Part shown: piece after piece, positions 53,871-62,876 of the stretch
How the letters are laid out: every line of letters begins with the position of its first letter
Numbering within the stretch: position 1 is the first letter of the stretch
Source of the DNA: Candidatus Saccharimonadales bacterium
GTDB taxonomy: Bacteria > Patescibacteriota > Saccharimonadia > Saccharimonadales > 2-12-FULL-41-12
Direction of reading: 5' to 3'
Assembly: GCA_041600715.1 (NCBI GenBank)
Contig: JBFIJM010000001.1
Coordinates: 387 to 64,386 of the forward strand
DNA: 64,000 nucleotides
The notes under the pieces: generated by a model
Databases searched by the model: none
Told to the model about the DNA's origin: nothing
Seen by the model: only the letters and a program-made list of their open reading frames with translations
Translations under genes and position numbers: made by a program

Positions 53871-54998
53871 ATGTCGGGACTTTATCTTTTTATAGCGTTT
53901 GTATTATTTGTGGGCCTGGTGGTCGTACACGAGTGGGGGCATTATATTGCTGCGCGCAGAGGCGGTGTAGATGTAGAAGAATTTGGTATCGGATTTCCAC
54001 CAAAAATATGGGGCAAACAAGTTTCCACTAAAAATGGCAGTAAATTTTTGTTTAGCATCAACCTATTACCGCTCGGTGGGTTTGTACGCTTAAAGGGAGA
54101 AAACGATGCGGATAAACGGCCAGGTAGCTTTGGAGCATCTAATCTAAGCACAAAAGTTAAAGTGATGCTAGCTGGTGTAACCATGAATTTAATAGTTTCT
54201 TTTGGATTGTTTACAATACTGGCACTTATTGGAATGCCTAAGCTAGTCGATAATCAATTTACAGTTCAGAGCGATACAAAATTAGCTCAAGAAATTAAGA
54301 ATCCAGGGTTAGTACTTATCGACAGCGTGGGCGACAATACCCCTGCCTCCAAGATTGGTCTAGAAAAAGGCGATAGAATAGTGAGTATAGCTGGAGAGAA
54401 GGTTACTAATGTCTCTGGTGTTGGTGAAACAACTCGTCAGAATTCTGGTAAGACCATCCCTATTACAATAGAACGATCGGATCAGACTTTTACTTATAGT
54501 GTCACGCTGAATGCAGAGAATAACGGCGAAGGCTATCTAGGAGTAACAAGTCGTTCTGGAGAAGAGGGTCGAGAAGTTCGAAGGTCTACATGGTCAGCAC
54601 CGATAGTAGCTGGAGGAATTACAGTTCAGTTTACTCAGCTGACTCTCAAAGGTCTAGGAACTGCGATTGGTAGCTTGGTTCAGGGCGATACAGAAAAAGC
54701 CAAGGAACAAGTCGCTGGTCCAGTTGGTATTGCTTATATACTCAACGAAGTAAGTAAAGTTGGATTCAACTTTGTGCTTATGGTTATTGCTATCATCTCT
54801 CTGACGCTGGCGATAATTAACGCCCTTCCAATCCCAGCACTCGACGGGGGGCGACTATTCGTACTATTACTCTTTAGGGCACTTAAAAAACCTCTTACAA
54901 AAGAGCGTGAAGAAATTATTCATGGAAGTGGTTTCTTGGCGCTAATGGGATTATTTGTACTAATTACCATCGTTGATGTTAATAGATTTATACGTTAA
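53871..54998 (+). CDS. rseP: Site-2 (M50) intramembrane zinc metalloprotease RseP/RasP with PDZ
   Basis: VVHEWGHYIAARR (HExxH in TM1), a PDZ (GLEKGDRIVSIAG), and NALPIPALDGG. Confidence 0.92.
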   Translation: MSGLYLFIAFVLFVGLVVVHEWGHYIAARRGGVDVEEFGIGFPPKIWGKQVSTKNGSKFLFSINLLPLGGFVRLKGENDADKRPGSFGASNLSTKVKVMLAGVTMNLIVSFGLFTILALIGMPKLVDNQFTVQSDTKLAQEIKNPGLVLIDSVGDNTPASKIGLEKGDRIVSIAGEKVTNVSGVGETTRQNSGKTIPITIERSDQTFTYSVTLNAENNGEGYLGVTSRSGEEGREVRRSTWSAPIVAGGITVQFTQLTLKGLGTAIGSLVQGDTEKAKEQVAGPVGIAYILNEVSKVGFNFVLMVIAIISLTLAIINALPIPALDGGRLFVLLLFRALKKPLTKEREEIIHGSGFLALMGLFVLITIVDVNRFIR

Positions 54999-55811
54999 AT
55001 GGATGATCCATTAAAACTTTTCGAGCCTGACGCAAAAAAAAGAATGTATTTTTACTCCCCTAAAAAGTCTAAGATTAAAGGCTATGGCCCTGTGTCTGCA
55101 ATTTTGGTGGTTATCTTGGCCTATTTTGGCTCGCAAATTGTAGCGGGAATACTCATAGGTTTAGTAGGTTCAATTTTTGGGCAAAATGTGGAGACTACCC
55201 TAAAGAGTTTAGAGGATTCTGCACTCATGCAATTTAGCTATATTGCAATTATTGAAGTCGTTAGCCTCTCCATATTGTGGAATTTTATGAGGCAACGTTC
55301 AATAAGTTTTTCAGACATCGGTCTTGGTCGAAAACCATTAAAAAAAGATCTCAGTCCAGCTTTTGTGACTTTTGTAGTCTACTTCACAGCATTAATTGTT
55401 GTTACTGCGATAGTTTCTAAGTTGATTCCTGGACTTGATTTAGACCAAGAACAACAGCTTGGATTTGATACTATCACATCAAACACTGATCTGGTTTTTG
55501 TATTTATTAGCTTGGTGATATTGCCCCCAATTGTTGAAGAAATCATGGTTAGAGGATTCTTATACACCGGTCTCAGGAAAAAGTTTAAAAAAATTTCCTC
55601 TGCCATAATCGCGAGCTTAATTTTCGGATTTGCACATTTGCAACTAGGTTCTGGAGTTGCGCCATTATGGATTGCTGCTATAGACACGGCACTGTTATCT
55701 CTGTTTCTTATTTATTTACGCGAGAAAACAGGAGCCCTATGGGCGCCAATGATGGTGCATGCTATAAAGAATGGGTTAGCTTTCTTTTTGCTTTTTCTTA
55801 TAAAAGTATAG
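54999..55811 (+). CDS. CPBP-family (CAAX/Abi) intramembrane glutamic protease
   Basis: PPIVEEIMVRGFLY (EExxxR), FGFAH and HAIKN motifs in a polytopic protein. Confidence 0.85.
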   Translation: MDDPLKLFEPDAKKRMYFYSPKKSKIKGYGPVSAILVVILAYFGSQIVAGILIGLVGSIFGQNVETTLKSLEDSALMQFSYIAIIEVVSLSILWNFMRQRSISFSDIGLGRKPLKKDLSPAFVTFVVYFTALIVVTAIVSKLIPGLDLDQEQQLGFDTITSNTDLVFVFISLVILPPIVEEIMVRGFLYTGLRKKFKKISSAIIASLIFGFAHLQLGSGVAPLWIAAIDTALLSLFLIYLREKTGALWAPMMVHAIKNGLAFFLLFLIKV

Positions 55812-55836
55812 TGGTTACTAGGTTACAATATAAAAC

Positions 55837-57093
55837 ATGACTGGAATAAGACTATCTCAACTCTTTACTAAAACATCTAAGACCCACCCTGCAGACGAAA
55901 CTTCACGTAATGCCCAATTGCTTATACAAGCAGGCTATGTATACAAAGTTATGGCAGGAGTGTACGCTTACACGCCCTTAGGGCTAAGAGTAGTAGAAAA
56001 TATCAAAAAGATAGTTCGGGAAGAAATGAACGCAATTGGTAGCCATGAACTTATCATGTCTAGCCTCCAAACGCCCGAGCCTTGGCAGACAACAAATAGA
56101 TGGGATGATGAAACTGTAGACGTTTGGTTCAAGTCGAAGCTCAAAGACGGTAGTGATGTCGGATTCGGCTGGTCACATGAAGAGGCAATTATGCAGATGA
56201 TGCGCCAGTACATCCATAGTTATAGAGATCTTCCTGCAAGTATGTATCAATTTCAGACGAAACTGCGAAACGAACTAAGAGCTAAGAGCGGTATTATGCG
56301 AGGTCGTGAATTTGTGATGAAAGACATGTACTCGCTACATGCGTCGCAGGAAGACATGGACCAATATTATGAAAAAGCGATCGAAGCATACAAAAAAGTG
56401 TTTAAACGGATGGGAATAGGCGATAGTACGTTTGTAACATTTGCAAGCGGTGGGGCTTTTACAAAGTTCAGTCATGAATTTCAGACTATCTGTGATGCAG
56501 GGGAAGATGTTTTATACATTAACCAGGATCAGACGGTTGCTGTTAATGAAGAGGTTCTAGAAGATGCGACTTCGGAATTAGGGGTTGATAAAAGTACTTT
56601 ATCGCCAATCAAAACAGCGGAAGTCGGTAATATATTTAAGTTTGGTACAGAAAAATCTGAGCAGATGAACATATATTTTACAGATGTTGATGGTAGTCAA
56701 AAGCCGGTATACTTAGCCTCCTACGGGATTGGTATCACGAGAGTAATGGGCGTACTAGCCGAAAAACTCTCCGATGATAAAGGCTTAGTTTGGCCAAAAA
56801 GTATTGCACCGGCTCAAGTTTACATAGCGCGACTTGGCGATGAGCCAGAAGTTATAAAAACTGCAGATGCACTGTATAGCACTTTGCAAGCCGTTGGTAC
56901 TGATGTACTATATGACGATCGTGACGTACGGCCCGGGCAGAAATTCGGTGACGCGGATCTTTTAGGGATACCGTACCGTGTTGTGATAAGTAAAAAAACA
57001 ACCGAAAGAGGCATTCTTGAACTCAAGGAACGTATAAATTACGAATCTAGTGAAGTATCAGAATCAGAACTACTAAAAATTATTAAATCATAG
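55837..57093 (+). CDS. proS: Prolyl-tRNA synthetase, bacterial type but lacking the INS editing domain
   Basis: The N-terminus RLSQLFTKTSKTHPADETSRNAQLLIQAGY, class II motifs (REF.MKD.YS, GYGIG.TR) and an anticodon-binding C-terminus. It is only 418 aa, with about 25 aa where INS normally lies. Confidence 0.9.
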   Translation: MTGIRLSQLFTKTSKTHPADETSRNAQLLIQAGYVYKVMAGVYAYTPLGLRVVENIKKIVREEMNAIGSHELIMSSLQTPEPWQTTNRWDDETVDVWFKSKLKDGSDVGFGWSHEEAIMQMMRQYIHSYRDLPASMYQFQTKLRNELRAKSGIMRGREFVMKDMYSLHASQEDMDQYYEKAIEAYKKVFKRMGIGDSTFVTFASGGAFTKFSHEFQTICDAGEDVLYINQDQTVAVNEEVLEDATSELGVDKSTLSPIKTAEVGNIFKFGTEKSEQMNIYFTDVDGSQKPVYLASYGIGITRVMGVLAEKLSDDKGLVWPKSIAPAQVYIARLGDEPEVIKTADALYSTLQAVGTDVLYDDRDVRPGQKFGDADLLGIPYRVVISKKTTERGILELKERINYESSEVSESELLKIIKS

Positions 57094-57181
57094 GCAAGAC
57101 ACTGCACTCATCTGGTATAATCGAAGTGTCGAATTAATACAAAGATCATTCGATCCGCCTTAAAGACTAGGAGACTATATT

Positions 57182-57643
57182 ATGAAAAAACAATTCCGAT
57201 TGACCCAAGAAGGCGTTAACGAATTAAAGACCGAACTAAAAGGTTTAATTGGTCGACGCAGTGAAATCGCCGACTCCATAAAAACAGCCCGAGAGCAGGG
57301 TGATTTATCAGAAAACGCAGAGTACCACGCAGCTAAAGATGATCATGAGCGAAACGAGAGTCGTATTGGAGAGATAGAAGCAATCCTGGCTAGTGTCGAG
57401 ATTATCAAAAAGCCAAAGGGAGAAGGTAAGGTTCTTCTAGGAAGCACTGTAACTCTTAAAAATGAAGCAGGGAAAACAAAAGAATTCCAGGTTGTGGGCA
57501 CAGTAGAAGCAGACCCACTTGAAGGCAAGATATCTGACGAGTCGCCAATTGGACAGGCACTGCTAGGCAAAAAAGAAGGCGAAGAAGTTGAGATTGTAAC
57601 TCCTGCTGAAACAGCAACGTATAAAGTTGCTCATATAAGCTAA
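57182..57643 (+). CDS. greA: Transcription elongation factor GreA
   Basis: LT.EG...L..EL..L......I...I..AR..GDLSENAEY.AAK. An AGGAG SD, and a TGGTATAAT promoter at 57113-57121. Confidence 0.93.
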   Translation: MKKQFRLTQEGVNELKTELKGLIGRRSEIADSIKTAREQGDLSENAEYHAAKDDHERNESRIGEIEAILASVEIIKKPKGEGKVLLGSTVTLKNEAGKTKEFQVVGTVEADPLEGKISDESPIGQALLGKKEGEEVEIVTPAETATYKVAHIS

Positions 57644-57667
57644 ATAGTATAATCAGGAGCATCATTG

Positions 57668-58375
57668 ATGATCCAACCGCATACATTACTACCACACGAG
57701 ATACTGCCACATACTCCAGAACTTGAGAAGGCTATGCCCGAAGCTTCAGATGTAGGGCACTCGTTTGTTGCCAACGGTATCGGTTCCTTGGCTTTAGAAG
57801 CCATGGTTCATGAGGCTAATAGTTTGAGTATGGAAGAAGGTGACCACATAGCTAGCCCTATATATGCAGGTACAAAGAAAGAAATTCGGCAACTACATGA
57901 TCGTTCTTATCATGCCATTGGCGATGATGAAGTGCCTTTTGCGACCAAAGTAACCAGGCAGTTAGCGGTGCATGTTAGACAACTTTCTAGGGTATATCCT
58001 GAACTCAAAGAATGGATGGCAACAGAGGCTGGCTACCAGCTCTACAAGAATGACCCAGAACATGATTATCATATTTCTAGACACAGAGACCGCAGAAACG
58101 ATCACTTACTCTCGGCAACGATAACCGTAACTGGCAGTGCATTAGTAAAGATGTATGAACCGATAAATGATCCTGACGACTATACAGATGAAAACATGTG
58201 TCAGATAGATGAACACATTACTCTTCCTGGAGATATTATGTTCCTTCGGGCACCCGGGTTGAATACCGGTGTTCAGACTATCCACGAAGTGCTACCCCCG
58301 CGAGGAAATGACGATCGTCTGATTCTAAATCTGCGAATGCGTGATGATATCCTTCCTGCACCTGAAGAAGTTTAA
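57668..58375 (+). CDS. Hypothetical protein, possible 2OG-Fe(II)-oxygenase-like (HxD...H...R)
   Basis: ISRHRD (HxD), then about 70 aa later TIHEV, then RLILNLR. An AGGAG lies 8 nt before the ATG at 57668. Confidence 0.35.
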   Translation: MIQPHTLLPHEILPHTPELEKAMPEASDVGHSFVANGIGSLALEAMVHEANSLSMEEGDHIASPIYAGTKKEIRQLHDRSYHAIGDDEVPFATKVTRQLAVHVRQLSRVYPELKEWMATEAGYQLYKNDPEHDYHISRHRDRRNDHLLSATITVTGSALVKMYEPINDPDDYTDENMCQIDEHITLPGDIMFLRAPGLNTGVQTIHEVLPPRGNDDRLILNLRMRDDILPAPEEV

Positions 58376-58403
58376 AACCAATCTGGTATAATACCGGTCA
58401 TAT

Positions 58404-59927
58404 ATGGCTACACTAAAAGACTATCGTGATGAGCGGTTGAGAAAATTAGCCGAGCTTAAAGAGCTCGGCTTTAACCCATACCCAGCAAAAGTCCATAGAA
58501 CGCATGTGATAGATGAGATAATAACTCAATTTGAAAACCTACAAAATCAGTCAGTAACCATAACAGGGCGAATTGTCAGTATTCGTAAATTTGGCAAGAT
58601 CGCATTTATTGTAATTAAGGATGCTAGCGGGCAAGTGCAACTTTTCCTTCGTAGTGGAGAAGTATCAGTAACAAATGGCTCTCAAAACTTGGTCGGTATT
58701 GAGAATCTGCCATTGCTAGACACCGGTGATTTTCTAGAAGCAAGAGGTACTGTCATAAAGACTCAAACTGGTGAGATTAGTATTGGTACCAGCGAGATGC
58801 GTTTGTTAGTAAAATCTCTTCGTCCACTCCCGAACGAACAAGAAGGGTTCACTAACAAAGAAGAACGTATGCGTCGAAGATATGTCGACACAAATGTGAA
58901 TAAAAATGTGTATGAGCGTTACTTACGTCGTAGCAAGTTTTGGCAGTCTGCGCGTGAGTTCATGATAAATCAAGGCTTCATAGAAATGAGCATTCCTGTT
59001 CTAGAAAATACTGCAGGAGGTGCTGATGCCAATCCGTTTGTGACACATATGGACGCTCTAGACCAAGATTTTTATCTACGAATAAGTCACGAACTTCCCC
59101 TAAAGAGACTACTTGGCGCTGGTTATGAAAAGGTATTTGATATTGGGCCACGTTTCCGCAACGAGAACTACAGCGATGAACACCTGCCAGAGCACGTTGC
59201 TATGGAGTGGTATTGGGCGTATGCAGATTGGAATGATGGAATGTCATTAACTCAAGACTTTATACGCTATATTGCTGACAATACATGGGGTACTAGACAA
59301 TTTACTCTAGCTAATGGAATGGAAATTGATCTTGGGGTAGACGGTCAAGACTGGCCAAAAATAAGCTTTGTTGACTTGATAAAAGATCGTTATGGAATTG
59401 ATGTGTTTGAAACCAGCTTGGATCATGTGCAGTCAGTTGTGAAGCAAAATGGAATAGAAGTAGAGAATGCAGATAATGTTAATCGATGTATAGATAAGTT
59501 ATGGAAAAAAATTCGGGTAGAGATTACAGGACCCGCCTTTCTAGTCGACGTGCCAGTGTTTTTACAGCCACTTGCAAAAGTCCAGGCCACTGATCCTCGC
59601 CTGAGTGAACAGTTTAATCTACTGCTTGCAGGAACAGAAGCGTGCAAAGCATATAGCGAACTTAATGATCCAATAGATCAGCTTGAAAGGTTTGTTGAAC
59701 AGCAACAAATGCGTGATGCTGGAGATGACGAAGCAATGATGCTGGATATAGATTTTGTAGAAATGCTCGAGTACGGCATGCCACCAGCCTGTGGCTACGG
59801 TCACAGCGAGCGTATCTTCTGGCTACTTGAAGGAGTTACGGCACGTGAAGGTGTGCCTTTCCCTCAGCTTCGTCGTGAAATTGACGAAACAACCAAGAAA
59901 ATATATCCTGATCTGCACTTAGATTGA
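58404..59927 (+). CDS. lysS: Lysyl-tRNA synthetase, class II
   Basis: N-terminal OB anticodon domain, class II motifs (FRNE..D..H.PE, GYGHSERI) and ELNDP. Confidence 0.93.
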   Translation: MATLKDYRDERLRKLAELKELGFNPYPAKVHRTHVIDEIITQFENLQNQSVTITGRIVSIRKFGKIAFIVIKDASGQVQLFLRSGEVSVTNGSQNLVGIENLPLLDTGDFLEARGTVIKTQTGEISIGTSEMRLLVKSLRPLPNEQEGFTNKEERMRRRYVDTNVNKNVYERYLRRSKFWQSAREFMINQGFIEMSIPVLENTAGGADANPFVTHMDALDQDFYLRISHELPLKRLLGAGYEKVFDIGPRFRNENYSDEHLPEHVAMEWYWAYADWNDGMSLTQDFIRYIADNTWGTRQFTLANGMEIDLGVDGQDWPKISFVDLIKDRYGIDVFETSLDHVQSVVKQNGIEVENADNVNRCIDKLWKKIRVEITGPAFLVDVPVFLQPLAKVQATDPRLSEQFNLLLAGTEACKAYSELNDPIDQLERFVEQQQMRDAGDDEAMMLDIDFVEMLEYGMPPACGYGHSERIFWLLEGVTAREGVPFPQLRREIDETTKKIYPDLHLD

Positions 59928-60112
59928 CTCCTTACAAATATATTAAATTAGTTCTTCATCAGGTAGCACTTATCCAAGTAGTGATAAACTACTATTGTAA
60001 ATAACCTCCAAAAGATTAGGTGAATAATGAACGCATTAGAAACCGAACAAGATTTACATAAGAAATCTATGATTAGGGCACAATATAGTATCCTGCCAGG
60101 GACAGAACTGTA

Positions 60113-60601
60113 ATGGCATTACAGAAGGCAACATTGGGTGCAGGTTGTTTCTGGGGCGTACAATATTATTTCGATCAAATCCCAGGAGTTATCAAATCTA
60201 CTGTAGGGTACACCGGAGGTACCACAGAAAATCCAACCTATGAACAAGTTTGTAGTCATAAAACAGGTCATGCAGAAGCGGTAGAATTAGAATATGACCC
60301 TGATCTAGTTAACTTCGACACGATTCTAAAGCATTTTTTTCATATGCACGATCCTACACAGCTAAATAGACAAGGTCCAGACGTGGGCGATCAGTATCGT
60401 TCGGCAATTTTTTACCATGACGAACCGCAGAAAATCGTCGCCGAAATTGTTATAAAGAATGTATCTAAAGATTTTAAGAAACCAATCGTAACTACTTTAG
60501 AGCCAGCAACAATTTTTTATCCTGCAGAGAAAGAGCATCAGAAGTATACAGAAAACACTGGACACGGAATGTGCCACATAGAATACAAGAGCCTGTATTA
60601 A
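60113..60601 (+). CDS. msrA: Peptide methionine-S-sulfoxide reductase MsrA
   Basis: GAGCFWGVQ active site, GYTGG....PTYE.V, and HAE.V.. .YDP. Confidence 0.93.
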   Translation: MALQKATLGAGCFWGVQYYFDQIPGVIKSTVGYTGGTTENPTYEQVCSHKTGHAEAVELEYDPDLVNFDTILKHFFHMHDPTQLNRQGPDVGDQYRSAIFYHDEPQKIVAEIVIKNVSKDFKKPIVTTLEPATIFYPAEKEHQKYTENTGHGMCHIEYKSLY

Positions 60602-60663
60602 CCCAGCTAGCTAAGGTATGTTATAGTGTTGGCATACGAATCTAACAGGGAGATTAAGGGATT

Positions 60664-61611
60664 ATGGCCACAAAAGCCAAGAAACCAGCCGTCAAAAAAA
60701 CGGCTAAAAAGCCAGCTACAAAGTCTGTCGCTAAAACTAGTAAGACTGTAGTAAGTAGAAAAGTTGCCAAAAAATCAGCACCGAAGAAATCTAAATCTAA
60801 GCCAAGCGTAGCAGTGACAACCAAGGTTACTAGATCAAAAGTTGTTTTGACGCCTCTAGAACGGATACGAAGCACACATCTTTCCGTCGCAATTACGAGT
60901 GTCTTTTTTGCTGTTATGACAGCATTCTTTGTTGGATCTGCAAGCTCGGAAATAATGCTTGCTTCACAAGCACGCGACGCTTTTACTAACACAGAGTCAG
61001 TAGTACTTAGTTCTGCCAGCGAAGTTTTATTTAGTCTAGAATATAAGTATATTCTGATTGCTATCCTAGCTTTTAGCGCAGTCGGTTCATTATTACTCGC
61101 TACTAAATTACGAACTAGATATGAATTATCAGTTAAATCTGGTGTATCAGGATTTAGGTGGCTTCTAGTAGGGTTAACGGCTGGGCTAACTCTACAGCTA
61201 GTAAGCTTTATTGGTGGCGTCCAAGATCTGATGACTCTTAAACTGATTGGTGCTCTAATTGTGGCTACAGTATTGCTGGGATGGGTTGCAGACAGAGATA
61301 ATGCTACGAGTAAAAAACCAAAATGGTTAGCTTTTATCGCTAGTCTTTACACTGGTGCATTAGCTTGGTTTCCACTTGTAGGCTCAATGATCGGTACAAC
61401 CGTATATGGTAGTGAAAGATTTGGATGGCATGTTTATGCCCTCGCAGGTGTTGCACTTGCTGGTTTTACAGGCTTCGCCGTAACTCAGTATTTATCAATC
61501 AAGAACAAGAATTCCTTAGAATATACAGTTTATGAACAACGTTATCTACGAATCGATCAACTTACTAAGTTTTTGGTAGTCGTTATTGTATTCAGTGCCT
61601 TTGCTAAATAA
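60664..61611 (+). CDS. Heliorhodopsin-family 7-TM protein with lysine-rich (H1-like) N-terminal extension
   Basis: Seven hydrophobic segments. Landmarks shared with the reference heliorhodopsin (recalled from memory): RI...HL, RY....FRW, LLGW, TQYL.IK.K and E.RY, then eight residues later a TM7 lysine (K302). The N-terminal 62 aa are AKKPAVKKTAKKPATK... type. Confidence 0.65.
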   Translation: MATKAKKPAVKKTAKKPATKSVAKTSKTVVSRKVAKKSAPKKSKSKPSVAVTTKVTRSKVVLTPLERIRSTHLSVAITSVFFAVMTAFFVGSASSEIMLASQARDAFTNTESVVLSSASEVLFSLEYKYILIAILAFSAVGSLLLATKLRTRYELSVKSGVSGFRWLLVGLTAGLTLQLVSFIGGVQDLMTLKLIGALIVATVLLGWVADRDNATSKKPKWLAFIASLYTGALAWFPLVGSMIGTTVYGSERFGWHVYALAGVALAGFTGFAVTQYLSIKNKNSLEYTVYEQRYLRIDQLTKFLVVVIVFSAFAK

Positions 61612-62876
61612 TGCCAAAGGCCCCAGAACTTCTTAAGGTAACAATAGACAAGCTCGTCCATGGCGGGCAAGGAATCGGTACGCTTGAAAACGGGAAAAAA
61701 GCCTTAGTTTGGGGCGTACTACCGGGGGAGAAAGTCACTTTTTACGCTACTAAAGTTCGCAGGGATTTTGTGGAAGGCGTAGTGAAAGATGTTGTAAAAG
61801 CATCAAGCCATCGCATAGACCCTAGGGACGATTTATATATAAGCACAAGTCCTTGGCAAATTATGCCTTATGATCTCGAAAATGATACTAAGAAGCAAAT
61901 TCTTGCCGATACTTTAGCTAGAGCCGGTATTAATTATGATAAGCCTCTAACGTTCCACTTTAACGCCGAACAATGGAATTATCGAAATAAGATGGAGTAC
62001 AGTTTTTACGGAGATGACGACGGACTTCACCTTGCATTATTTAACCGTGGTAGCCACCGGAAACAAGCTGTCGATGGAAGTAGCCTGGCTAGACCTGAGA
62101 TAGATATTGTAGCTAACAAGATCTGTAAGATCTTAGACAAAAACAAAATCCGGGCAAGTGATTTGAAGAGCGTAGTCATTCGTTGCGATCAAAAGGGCGC
62201 ATGTGTAGTAGCAGTATACGTGCGTAATCAAGAATTCAAGGAAATAGCCGGGCTAAACAATGTGGCTAAGGGTATTGTTGTAACTTACTCTAATCCTAAA
62301 AGCCCAGCAAGTGTTAGAACTCAAGACTTATATAAATTTGGAGATATATCCTTAACCGATACACTGCTGGTTAAGCCAGTATCATACGATGTTTTTTCTT
62401 TCTTCCAGGGTAACTTACCGATATTTCAGAAGACTTTAAAAGATATCTCTGATGAAGTAAATGAAAGCCCAGCTATAGATATGTTTAGTGGGGTAGGGGC
62501 TATCGGTTTATCATTACCTAGCGTTAGTATTCTCGTAGAAAGTGATGCGAATAACGTGGTCTGGGCTCGCAAGAATACCGGCTTAGAACGTTCTGCAGAA
62601 GTAATACACGCGACTAGCGAACGAGCTCTCGAGTATATCGATAGTATGCATGTATTGATCGTTGACCCGCCACGTTCTGGTTTACATAAAGACCTAACAG
62701 ACCAGATATTAAATGCCGAACCTCCCAAAGTTTTATATTTGAGTTGTAACCCAAGTACGCAGGCAAGAGATCTTTCTATTCTTCAAGAAAGATATGCTAT
62801 CAAGCAAATAACTGGCTATAATTATTTTCCACGCACCCCACACATCGAATCTTTAGCTATACTAGAACTAAGATGA
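61611..62876 (+). CDS. TRAM-domain RNA (uracil-C5)-methyltransferase, RlmD/TrmA family
   Basis: N-terminal TRAM (KLVHGGQGIG...), then DMFSGVGAIG, DPPRSGL and a YLSCNP catalytic Cys region. No Fe-S cysteine cluster. The start overlaps the upstream stop (TAATG). Confidence 0.8.
   Translation: MPKAPELLKVTIDKLVHGGQGIGTLENGKKALVWGVLPGEKVTFYATKVRRDFVEGVVKDVVKASSHRIDPRDDLYISTSPWQIMPYDLENDTKKQILADTLARAGINYDKPLTFHFNAEQWNYRNKMEYSFYGDDDGLHLALFNRGSHRKQAVDGSSLARPEIDIVANKICKILDKNKIRASDLKSVVIRCDQKGACVVAVYVRNQEFKEIAGLNNVAKGIVVTYSNPKSPASVRTQDLYKFGDISLTDTLLVKPVSYDVFSFFQGNLPIFQKTLKDISDEVNESPAIDMFSGVGAIGLSLPSVSILVESDANNVVWARKNTGLERSAEVIHATSERALEYIDSMHVLIVDPPRSGLHKDLTDQILNAEPPKVLYLSCNPSTQARDLSILQERYAIKQITGYNYFPRTPHIESLAILELR

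Noticed and set aside
60654-60992. 112-aa minus-strand ORF opposite the start of the heliorhodopsin-like gene
   Set aside because: It is the antisense shadow of the lysine-rich AAR/GCN-rich N-terminal tract. The plus-strand frame continues into a 7-TM domain with family landmarks.
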